From Candidatus Zambryskibacteria bacterium RIFOXYC1_FULL_39_10 (lineage in GTDB: Bacteria; Patescibacteriota; Minisyncoccia; Phycocordibacterales; WO2-35-19), in assembly GCA_001824275.1 (NCBI GenBank), contig MHWW01000003.1, forward strand, positions 19,325 to 83,324: DNA of 64,000 nt. Direction: 5' to 3'. This document shows, one piece after another, positions 8,601 to 15,094 of the stretch. A program made the position numbers and the translations under genes. The notes beneath the pieces are model-generated. The model worked only from the letters and a program-made list of their open reading frames with translations, was not told the origin of the DNA and did not search any database. Numbering within the stretch: the stretch's first letter is position 1; each line of letters opens with the position of its first letter.

Positions 8601-9845
8601 AATATACAAAGCCCCATCTAAAGTCAGAATATCTTGTCGAGTGGTGGTGCCAACGGCCAGCCATTCTGTGGCCGTAAGATCAGCAACTGTCGTTGAACCG
8701 GTGACAGTCAAATCACCAGTCGAAAATGAAAGGCCAATGGCAGTTTGAAAATCAGAAAGGTCATTACTTACATTTGATATGGAATTGCCAAAATTATTTA
8801 CGATCGTGTCATTCTGTCTGGTCACATAATATCTATTTACATTTGGCGCTAACGGATTGACTAGAAAATAATTTTTTAATTCTGCAATTTTAAAATCTAC
8901 ATATTCTCTGTCAGAATCCATCACTACAACTGTTCTAGCTTGCGATGGTGTTTTATTATTTTGATTTATAACTATTTCTTGATTATTTTCTTTGTTAACT
9001 AAAACTGATTCATCTTTCCTCAACCAAGGTTTAATTATTTTAAGAGCAACATTTTTTGTCCAATTAGTTACATCATTCCATCCATTAGCAGAAAAGATAG
9101 AAGCAAAATTATTTTCTCCTAAAGCTACTTTATTATTAATGTTACTAATACCAGATTCAAAAACAAGAGAAGTCTTAACTATTATTCTTTCTTTAAGAGA
9201 AGCTAGTTTTTTAATCTCGGAAAAATTAAAAGCAATGCTAAAAGTCAACAAAATTATGACAGAAATTGAAGCGGCTGAGATTGCAAACTTTTCGAAACCA
9301 GACTTCCTTTTTGATCTCTCAATTACTTCATCAATGTTGGCAGAAGCGTAATATCTAATTTTATCTATATCAAACTCCCTTTTAATAATTGGAAATAATT
9401 CCTTTTTATCGTTATAATATATAGGTTTTATTCCTCTTACATCTCGGATACTCGAGATACGAGGTTTAAGACCTTTTTTCTCTGAAAATATTACTTCATT
9501 TTTATCTATTCCAATTCCTAATTCAAGCTCAGATTTAGCTTTAGATTTTTTCAGTATCTTCGTCTCTTTTTCCTTATTTTTTAAATCTGGTTTTAATGTT
9601 TTTAAGATTGCAACTTCCCTTCTTGATTTACGAATTTTAAGAGTCTTCCTGTGGGTAAGTAAATTTTTATCCTTGTGATTCAAAATTTCACTCTCCAAAA
9701 CATACCAACTTCTACCAACCAAGCTTGCATGAATTTTTTTAGCTCTACAAAGTTGGCCAATGTAGTCACTAGCATAACCAGTAAGTTCAGCGGCACGACT
9801 TGCCGAGATGTATTTTTTACCCTTCAAATAGAGAGTCTTATTCAC
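2595..9845 (-). CDS. giant (2416 aa) tail-fibre-like surface protein. Domains: N-terminal excisionase-type HTH, single TM helix, Gly/Thr/Asn-rich beta-repeat region, C-terminal peptidase S74 intramolecular chaperone (tail-fibre autoprocessing) domain, Thr/Pro-rich tail
   Basis: N-terminus SASRAAELTGYASDYIGQLCRAKKI...GRSWYV is HTH_17-like. The TM helix is FAISAASISVIILLTFSIAFNF at ~aa 190-212. The decapeptide GNVGIGTTSP recurs more than 20 times. C-terminus SSLRFKKNVNPLNYGLVEIAQLQPVSYNWQ...VGFIAEDVAKIIPEIV...VDYGKLTPILVNAIQEQ matches the endosialidase-chaperone/tail-fibre C-terminal domain. Start-codon placement at the 5' end is uncertain. Confidence 0.8.
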   Translation of the reverse strand: MNKTLYLKGKKYISASRAAELTGYASDYIGQLCRAKKIHASLVGRSWYVLESEILNHKDKNLLTHRKTLKIRKSRREVAILKTLKPDLKNKEKETKILKKSKAKSELELGIGIDKNEVIFSEKKGLKPRISSIRDVRGIKPIYYNDKKELFPIIKREFDIDKIRYYASANIDEVIERSKRKSGFEKFAISAASISVIILLTFSIAFNFSEIKKLASLKERIIVKTSLVFESGISNINNKVALGENNFASIFSANGWNDVTNWTKNVALKIIKPWLRKDESVLVNKENNQEIVINQNNKTPSQARTVVVMDSDREYVDFKIAELKNYFLVNPLAPNVNRYYVTRQNDTIVNNFGNSISNVSNDLSDFQTAIGLSFSTGDLTVTGSTTVADLTATEWLAVGTTTRQDILTLDGALYIESSSPADTYSRLYNTSSDLYWNGSLIAGAGVGNWTTDGTSVWRATGNVGIGTTTPSAKLTIDNRDSNTSPLTITTNGSPGNYTPANSGIFIKDAAGTEMLRIFASDPDDANYNAGNLYIGKQAGFSQPTDNVDAGYWNTGIGSRALKYNTTGFSNTANGEKSLMSNTTGGINSAFGVASLMLNTTGDSNVAIGAQSLMLNETGSNNVALGTSAGMYELGSNSFYIDNQDRENTNGDKAGALLYGMFNATPSLQTLTINASTTIAQNLSVLGTGNSYFAGNVGIGTTSPSQKLDVAGNININTNGTNALFSTYKGANSEGDNLFIGGGGQSSVGQVGATWKGSYNTANGYQSLFSNTTGNSNTANGSHSLYSNTTGAYNTANGSFSLYSDTTGNSNIAIGYGSLYSNITGNDNTAIGDSSLYANTTGSDNTAIGRGAGFSGTGVFIQNTLIGSKVGYGGSTPYSYNTVVGYKAGYNLFGNSNVMFGMYAGAYELGSNSFYIDNQDRENTSGDKAGALLYGMFNATPSLQTLTINASTTIAQNLSVLGTGNSYFAGNVGIGTTSPSYKLNVVDTSQYTLGGLFQTNSAQTAFGSFPVFDLMNTNTTDNTGLGLRFNTFDANSAIKPATQIGTTITSHVANAVSADLTFITTLAGTFSEKMRILSSGNVGIGTTSPYAKLSVEHLSTTGTVIGTDALTGFTGNLLDLKVASTSKFTIDYTGAITTGGSLTLSGAAINSLLSTNASGVIVATSTPTFGNFNATSTAATSTIAGGFAIGGTGFVYDFSTGKVGIGTATPIELLQVAGPLYSKIAISTASDTGFSQISVNKPGQTWSFGLNDVNNNFLFYDNTVAPVGATRLTIAAATGNVGIGTTSPTSILHIAAASPTFTVERTGVSTVTFSNSGSVWTWASSAASANHFAFSPAGTEAMRIMNGGNVGIGTTSPFALLSVAGSGFFNGNLTAANITATGTMSVSGLTTLGYASTTAITSTGSAYFATLGGNVGIGTTSPRALLDISKTTDAASNLVVVLQGNERATPTAGDEAYVSFYLDSANDVRESNRMSWVANDVNTGSMESAFTFDVMSGNALKQVFEIGALQSDSRYVKSTISGASGYFNVENESSNSLLYVKQTGNVGIGTTSPWAKLSVVGSTGTLIGADAITGFTGNLLDLKVASTSKFTIDYNGNITTGGSLTFSGLAINSLLSTNASGVIVATSTPTFGNFNATSTTATSTISTGGFAVGTSQFIVQQNSGNVGIGTSSPGAKLDVNGGIRFKTNFGVFGGNGADTGGFYESGGAIGFRSGGVDNRMFIASAGNIGIGTTSPGALLHISGAANTPVIVEDTAAASSAFIQFKNAGTSKGYIGYSTLGSTGLAFVNAAGSTANVLVTDSGNVGIGTTSPQSKLHLSSSAASTPVQLTISAFPAGNGYEIGGIHFRNSYSTLTNQEVASIQALQSIGGGNYSDLIFNTSNSGVPTEKVRITSAGNVGIGTTSPGALLDVAGNIRGGGIFYPDYTTDAGTYIAGTEANKLKLYADSYITFNLGGEKGYVDLSGNLQIDGLLKSDGTGNNYLLGNVGIGTTGPVSKLHVKGITTIENGGADATFAEVLRLSRTSFPDTYYHSIYTNHASGVANNSIDFRVNYGETVQRSVLTLLGSGNVGIGTTSPGAKLAVNGSVMFPALVNESTGYFVCANTTTGNLATSTTQCGGSSLRFKKNVNPLNYGLVEIAQLQPVSYNWQESFMPNNQTSQVGFIAEDVAKIIPEIVSFDAQGRPSNVDYGKLTPILVNAIQEQQKQIAEVKSVQEMYASSTAEFLSNSEIKFEILNAKMADLENDVSATTTIAVDGKETLLGRIVVYLKGVGVEIGDEFTKITKLFVGSLHIEGEVCVDDVCVTKEQFKELIRSAPEVAGVTTQATSTSETTTTTTTISVMGNELNGEATSAVGSSTPEIITASTTSESVIIIPPVVEIISAPAEPVVEIVTPPAEIISASETVSTDVNIGTGTSETPS
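6911..7137. repeat. ~230-bp near-identical duplicate (copy A) within the giant gene
   Basis: About 98% identical to 7734-7960. Both encode ...YELGSNSFYIDNQDRENT.GDKAGALLYGMFNATPSLQTLTINASTTIAQNLSVLGTGNSYFAGNVGIGTTSPS. Confidence 0.8.
7303..7610. repeat. intragenic tandem repeat, 51-bp period x6 (17-aa units NTANGSxSLYSNTTGxx) inside the giant gene
   Basis: ccaatcgctgtgttg... recurs at 7303, 7354, 7405, 7456, 7507 and 7558. Confidence 0.8.
7734..7960. repeat. ~230-bp near-identical duplicate (copy B) within the giant gene
   Basis: See copy A at 6911-7137. A more diverged ~250-bp pair lies at ~4905-5160 and ~6290-6545. Confidence 0.8.
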
Positions 9846-9860
9846 AGGTATATTATACTA

Positions 9861-9878
9861 TCTCGGCTATCCGAGATG
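9861..9878. promoter_or_regulatory. inverted repeat ATCTCGG-ctat-CCGAGAT immediately upstream of the giant gene start; candidate operator
   Basis: 7-bp arms. A related palindrome atctcggatactcgagat sits at 9443-9460 inside the coding region. Confidence 0.3.
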
Positions 9879-9890
9879 AATAAAAAACCT

Positions 9891-9899
9891 GTGGATAAA
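9891..9899 (-). promoter_or_regulatory. perfect DnaA-box 9-mer (TTATCCACA on the minus strand)
   Basis: tgtggataa on the plus strand. Confidence 0.5.
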
Positions 9900-10097
9900 T
9901 CTCAAATTATTTTGTTATAAAAATTATTTAAAAATGTGAACATAATTGAATCCAATAAATAACCCAGAAGATCGCATAATCATCAGTGCTATGAAGGTTA
10001 AGTCCAGAAACCTCGGGTAACCTCAATAACTAGATTTATAACATCAACATGATATTATCTATATACATTATATCATCAATAATAATTTTAAAATCTA

Positions 10098-10106
10098 GTT
10101 ATCCAC
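10098..10106 (+). promoter_or_regulatory. perfect DnaA-box 9-mer TTATCCACA (context AGTTATCCACA)
   Basis: Exact match to the canonical consensus. Confidence 0.5.
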
Positions 10107-10196
10107 ATTATTAAAGTTACATAACTATTCATAATTATGTATACTTAAGTAGTAATGTTTATATATGTTTACTAATGTTAATAATTTAATTATACT

Positions 10197-10457
10197 ATGA
10201 ACAATAAAACTATCAGCTATATAACAATTAAAGACGCATCTGTTATATTAGGTGTATCCAAGATCACTCTTCGCAATTGGGACAAGTCCGGTAAGCTCAA
10301 AGCTCACCGACATCCCTTTAATAACTACCGAGTCTACAAACTTGAGGATATTGACAATGTCTTAAAAATGATTGAGAGTAACAATACTGTTATTTCTAAG
10401 AGGAAAAGTGAGATTCGTAGGTTGGCAGTCCGCCACCTCGAAGATGAGCGGGCTTAG
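10197..10457 (+). CDS. excisionase/MerR-type HTH_17 DNA-binding protein (86 aa)
   Basis: ITIKDASVILGVSKITLRNWDKSGKLKAHRHPFNNYRVYKLEDID fits the HTH_17 pattern. Confidence 0.65.
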   Translation: MNNKTISYITIKDASVILGVSKITLRNWDKSGKLKAHRHPFNNYRVYKLEDIDNVLKMIESNNTVISKRKSEIRRLAVRHLEDERA

Positions 10458-10894
10458 ATTAATATCTATATAGTATGATGTGAAAGCATTCTTTTGTTAA
10501 TTAATGAGCATTCATTTTATCAGATTCCACATTCTATTTTAGTTTCTATTTTATGATTTAGCACAATGTCTAGTGCCCCCCCAATTGTAGTGATTTTTTG
10601 ATTTATCAATAGACTTGGTCATCTCCATAATTTTTTATATTAATCTTTACTATCCCAATCTTTGCCCTTTACTGCAAATCAATACTGCACAATAAGACAC
10701 ACAATACCTTGAGCCGCCAACATTGTGACCTTCACAACAATTAAGTTTATTTATAATTTCATATTTCAGCATATTTTATTAATCAGTATTTTACTAAAAA
10801 TATGTCTCATGATCACCAAAAACATTCTAGAACCCACCTGCTCAATTTTAATATAATTCTTATATTACAACATGTTTTCACACAAAAAACTATA

Positions 10895-10934
10895 CTAAAC
10901 GCTCAGCGTCCAATATTAGACGCTGAGCGTTTAG
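10895..10934. repeat. perfect palindrome with 16-bp arms (CTAAACGCTCAGCGTC-caatatta-GACGCTGAGCGTTTAG), 55 bp upstream of the RAYT gene
   Basis: Perfect inverted repeat. Candidate transposase-recognised subterminal hairpin or REP, or an operator/terminator. Confidence 0.7.
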
Positions 10935-10937
10935 TAG

Positions 10938-10946
10938 TTATCCACA
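10938..10946 (+). promoter_or_regulatory. perfect DnaA-box 9-mer TTATCCACA (context AGTTATCCACA), abutting the 10895-10934 palindrome
   Basis: Exact match. Confidence 0.5.
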
Positions 10947-10989
10947 GTCCTCAAAACTCTCAATTCTCCACTAAGATATAATTAATATT

Positions 10990-11643
10990 ATGAGATACGA
11001 AAACTTTGCTGTACACGAACACTATCATGTCTTTGGTAGAGGCACTAACAAGGAAAAGATATTTATAGATGATCAAGATAAAGCGAGATTTGTTTTTCTT
11101 ATTACCCATTTTCAATCCCCTATTAAGGTCTACAATGTATCCTGGTATACAGACAGTTTTATTAAGAAAGGTTTTTTTGGTATTAAGGAGGGCAAGATTG
11201 ATGAAATACTTAAACATCGAAGCACCAAACTTGTCGCCTTTGCTTTAATGGAAAATCACTTTCATCTATTAATACAAAATCTTGAAGATGGAATACTCTC
11301 GGTTTATATGCACCGAGTTTTAACTGCTTATAGTAAATATTTTAACGCTAAATATAAAAAGAAGGGCCATGTTTTTGAAGGACCTTTCAAAGCCGTGCAC
11401 ACTAAAAATAATGACCAATTATTACACTTGGCTTCATATATCCACAAGAATCCAAGGGAGATTGAGGGTTGGGATTCTTCATACGACAAGTACCCCTATT
11501 CAAGCTATCAAGACTATATTGGTTTAAACAGGTGGGGAAACTTCCTTTCAACCGATATTATCTTAAAGCAATTTAAGGACCAAACTAAATATAAGGATTT
11601 TGTCTCAACTAGTACCGCAAAAGAAGGCTTAAATTACCTTTAG
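10990..11643 (+). CDS. REP-associated tyrosine transposase (RAYT; IS200/IS605-like Y1 HuH transposase)
   Basis: YHVFGRGTNKEKIF.DDQDK..F; HuH motif ENHFHLLIQ; ...GHVFEGPFKAV...; catalytic-Tyr region LLHLASYIHKNP. Together these match the RAYT/TnpA_REP pattern. The 3' end overlaps gatB convergently by 15 nt. Confidence 0.8.
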   Translation: MRYENFAVHEHYHVFGRGTNKEKIFIDDQDKARFVFLITHFQSPIKVYNVSWYTDSFIKKGFFGIKEGKIDEILKHRSTKLVAFALMENHFHLLIQNLEDGILSVYMHRVLTAYSKYFNAKYKKKGHVFEGPFKAVHTKNNDQLLHLASYIHKNPREIEGWDSSYDKYPYSSYQDYIGLNRWGNFLSTDIILKQFKDQTKYKDFVSTSTAKEGLNYL

Positions 11644-13056
11644 AAATAAGTCTTTTAGGACATTTGGGTTTGCCGAACCTTTGGTTTCTTTCATTCCTTG
11701 CCCGATTAAAAACTGGAGAGCTGAGAGCTTGCCATTTTTGTATTCTGCCACCGCCGCTTCGTTTTCTGACACTATTTTATTTACTATTTTTATTAGATCA
11801 TCTTCATTACTTTTCTGAAATAACCCTTCTCTTTCTGCAATTATTTTAGGCTCCTCGCCAGTTTCAAGCATTATTTTCAATACATCTTTGGCTCCTCGAG
11901 AAGATAGTTCCCCAGACACAATCATTTTAACCACAGTAGCAACTGACTCAGTTTTAACCATTGAGACATCAGGGTTTAGGCTTGCAATATCGCTCACAAT
12001 ATAATTTGAAAGCAGTTGTAGCTCACTCTTATCTAACAAAACCGCAGTCTCTTCAAACAAATCGCCAAGTCCAATATTTGTAATATAAAAATTAATATCA
12101 CTTTCTTTGATGCCATATTTGCTACCAAACCTTTCTCTCTTTTCTTTCGGTGTCTCCCTAAGCTCACTTCTTAATACATCTGCATCAAATTCAGGGACTT
12201 CACTTATTTTTAATTTGGGCAAATCAGGGTCTGGGAAATACCTGTAATCGTGAGAATCTTCTTTGGATCGCTGGGAAAATGTTACCTGTTTCTTGTCGTC
12301 CCAACCTCTGGTCTCTTGAGATATTTTGCCTCCCTCTTTTAGTATCTCCACCTGTCTAGTAATCTCAAATTCTATAGCTCTTTCTGCTGATCTAAATGAG
12401 TTTAAATTTTTAATCTCAACTTTAGTACCCAAGGTCAGACCTTTGGGGCCTTTTTCAAGGTCTGACCTTTGGACCGAAATATTAACCTCAAGCCTCATTT
12501 CTCCTTTCTCCATATTAGCTTCCGCTACGCCTAAGTATTGAAGTTGAAGTTGCAACTCTTCTCCAAATTTAACAACCTCAACAGACGAATGGATTACAGG
12601 TTCGGTCACCAATTCCATAAGTGGCACTCCTGCTCGGTTGAAATCAACAAGGCTATGGTCTCCTACCTCGTGAGAGGACCTTGCCGTATCCTCTTCAAGA
12701 TGGACCCGAGTAATGCTCACGCCCGACAGTTGTCCACCTGAGACTAGCGGATGCTTATACTGGCTTATCTGATAACCTTTTGGTATGTCAGGATAAAAGT
12801 AATTTTTTCGATCAAATTCGGTGAAATCAGCCAGTTTCGCCCCTATTGATAAACCGACTTTTAACACATTTCTTACCGCTTCTTTGTTGATTACTGGCAA
12901 GGTACCAGGGTGTCCTATACAAACCGGGCATACATTTATGTTTGGCCTTTTCTCGTCTGCATCATTTTTACATGAGCAAAACATCTTAGTTTTTGTCTTC
13001 AATTCCGCGTGAATTTCAAGACCTATGGTTGGTTTCCAATTTATATCTTTTGCCAT
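11629..13056 (-). CDS. gatB: aspartyl/glutamyl-tRNA(Asn/Gln) amidotransferase subunit B
   Basis: INWKPTIGLEIHAEL...CPVCIGHPGTLPV...RKNYFYPD is the characteristic GatB N-terminus; full length is 475 aa. Confidence 0.93.
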   Translation of the reverse strand: MAKDINWKPTIGLEIHAELKTKTKMFCSCKNDADEKRPNINVCPVCIGHPGTLPVINKEAVRNVLKVGLSIGAKLADFTEFDRKNYFYPDIPKGYQISQYKHPLVSGGQLSGVSITRVHLEEDTARSSHEVGDHSLVDFNRAGVPLMELVTEPVIHSSVEVVKFGEELQLQLQYLGVAEANMEKGEMRLEVNISVQRSDLEKGPKGLTLGTKVEIKNLNSFRSAERAIEFEITRQVEILKEGGKISQETRGWDDKKQVTFSQRSKEDSHDYRYFPDPDLPKLKISEVPEFDADVLRSELRETPKEKRERFGSKYGIKESDINFYITNIGLGDLFEETAVLLDKSELQLLSNYIVSDIASLNPDVSMVKTESVATVVKMIVSGELSSRGAKDVLKIMLETGEEPKIIAEREGLFQKSNEDDLIKIVNKIVSENEAAVAEYKNGKLSALQFLIGQGMKETKGSANPNVLKDLFLKVI

Positions 13057-13115
13057 ATTTATATAGAAAATATAAGCTAATTTATGAAATTATGCAAAGT
13101 ATTAAATGAAAATTA

Positions 13116-15071
13116 TTACACTTTTGGCTCTCCAAAAGATTTCATCTTTTTTTCATACTCAATAACTGTGCGTACAAACTCCGCATGACTCCAAGTGAGC
13201 GGGGTCGCCGAAATCTGTTCACCATTGTACGGATTGAGTTGCTCAGAAAGCATTCCTGATCTGGCAAATTTTGCTACCCATTCTATGTCTTTTGCCACCT
13301 CTTCCAAATCATTTACAGTATTAGCGATCGCAATTTTGTATTGAGCAAACCAGAGAGTAGTAATAAACCAAGGATTACCCGCAGAGTCCCCGCCCGCATG
13401 AGAATACTTATCCCCTTCATAACGCGCAATACCACCTATATTTATATTTTTGGTGAGTTTACTATTGAAAATTTTAAATGACTCTTTCATTCTTGGGTCA
13501 TCTGGCGCTAAAACTCCAAAACGAAAAGGCCCAAAAAAACTGCTAGCGTCTAGGCTTGTATCTTTATCTGAATTTTCTTCAATCAATTTACAAAAAGTTT
13601 TGTCTTTGTCATCCCACAAAAATGCCAATATCGCTTTCCGTAAAGATTCTGCTTCAGTATGAAATTTATCTGCATCCTCTTCCTTGCCTAAAGTCTTGGC
13701 AAAATTATATGCCGAGACAAGTCCCCCATAAACCACTGAAGAAGTGAAAGACGATACACCATATTTCTCCTCCCACAAGTCATAACTTGATAATGGCAGA
13801 CCGGTATGAATATCTTTATAATGAATTAAAAAGTCTGCCGCCTTTTTTACGAAACTGTTATAAATACTTTCTATAAATTCAAGATCTTTGGCCCTTACAT
13901 AGTGTTCCCATAGTCCAACTAGCAGTATTGCCGTCTCATCTTCTTGAATAGCCAATTGCCTCTTACCATCTTTTACCCATGGATGCCAAGAACTCCCGAG
14001 AGAATGGTCGGGCTGATATTTATGTAAAACAAAACCTTCTTCGGTCAACACATCATTTGCAAAGTTATAAAATCTTTTAGAAACATCATAAAACCCTGCC
14101 AAATCAAAAGTCCAAGCAATAAAACAAGCGTCCCTTGGCCAAATATACCCATACGTATCTCCACCATATTGAACATTACCAGAGTCTGCTGATGCCAAGA
14201 TACCGCCCCTATCATCAGAATGCGCCCTCATGACCAGAAGCGAATCATAGAAAAGATCTTTGACCTTACCCGATAAACCCGGAAACGAAATTGGAACCTG
14301 GTTAAGCCATGCCTGCCAAAAATCTTTGGTTGATTCCATCAGATGCTCTGGAGTCTTGTCAAAAATATATTGAAGCAATTGGCACACCCCTCGATAAGTC
14401 TCACCCACCGCCACCCAGTAATACAAAGTCACTGAGCCTCCGGCTGGCACCTCTCTATTCCAACTAATTACCGAGTCAACCACTCCATGTTCAATTGAAT
14501 TTTTGGACAAAACACCATCCTCTGCGTCTCTCCAAGTACCTTCTTTACCCTCAATGCCACAAAAACCAATGCTGTAATCATCAAAAGGTTTACTATCACA
14601 CATGCCGCCAACTAGAAAAACTCTTCTACCCTTATAATGAATTATAGATTCAATAGTGCTTGAAAAATATGCCGTGTCGGCGTGATTAGTATCGCCTATT
14701 TTAAATTGTTGGTCAAAAAATATTTTTAGATTGCGCGATTTTGAATCATTGTTCGTTAAGGTAATTTTCCTTAAAAAAATGTTATTTTCATTATAAACTG
14801 TGTCAACCATCTCCAGTGAAATTTTAGCCTTTTCGTTTCGGGCACTCGTGTGAGAGACCATAGAATTTTTTTCAAAACCCATTTCAATATTCCACTCTCC
14901 GTTGTCAATCCAATGCATTTTGTCATCAACAAAGACCCCTATTTTATGGACATGATTTGAACCTACGTGATTTTCTTGGCCAACATAGGGAAAATAAAAA
15001 TCTCTCACCTGCCCAAATTTATCTAGACAGACTAAAGTGTTGCCATTTCCCAAGACCATTGAGCGAGCCAT
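13116..15071 (-). CDS. glycoside hydrolase family 15 (glucoamylase/glucodextranase-like)
   Basis: N-terminus LGNGNTLVCLDKFGQVRDFYFPYVGQENH and a C-terminal (alpha/alpha)6 region are typical of bacterial/archaeal GH15. Confidence 0.75.
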   Translation of the reverse strand: MARSMVLGNGNTLVCLDKFGQVRDFYFPYVGQENHVGSNHVHKIGVFVDDKMHWIDNGEWNIEMGFEKNSMVSHTSARNEKAKISLEMVDTVYNENNIFLRKITLTNNDSKSRNLKIFFDQQFKIGDTNHADTAYFSSTIESIIHYKGRRVFLVGGMCDSKPFDDYSIGFCGIEGKEGTWRDAEDGVLSKNSIEHGVVDSVISWNREVPAGGSVTLYYWVAVGETYRGVCQLLQYIFDKTPEHLMESTKDFWQAWLNQVPISFPGLSGKVKDLFYDSLLVMRAHSDDRGGILASADSGNVQYGGDTYGYIWPRDACFIAWTFDLAGFYDVSKRFYNFANDVLTEEGFVLHKYQPDHSLGSSWHPWVKDGKRQLAIQEDETAILLVGLWEHYVRAKDLEFIESIYNSFVKKAADFLIHYKDIHTGLPLSSYDLWEEKYGVSSFTSSVVYGGLVSAYNFAKTLGKEEDADKFHTEAESLRKAILAFLWDDKDKTFCKLIEENSDKDTSLDASSFFGPFRFGVLAPDDPRMKESFKIFNSKLTKNINIGGIARYEGDKYSHAGGDSAGNPWFITTLWFAQYKIAIANTVNDLEEVAKDIEWVAKFARSGMLSEQLNPYNGEQISATPLTWSHAEFVRTVIEYEKKMKSFGEPKV

Positions 15072-15094
15072 ATAAATATTTTATCACAAATTAA

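Noticed and set aside
9846-10990. Calling this region oriC outright
   Set aside because: There is no dnaA, dnaN or other origin-proximal gene here and GC-skew cannot be computed from one window. I kept it only as a DnaA-box cluster finding.
10197-11643. Treating the excisionase-type HTH plus RAYT as a prophage or integrative element boundary
   Set aside because: I saw no integrase, phage structural genes, or attL/attR-like direct repeats. HTH_17 proteins and RAYTs occur as standalone chromosomal genes.
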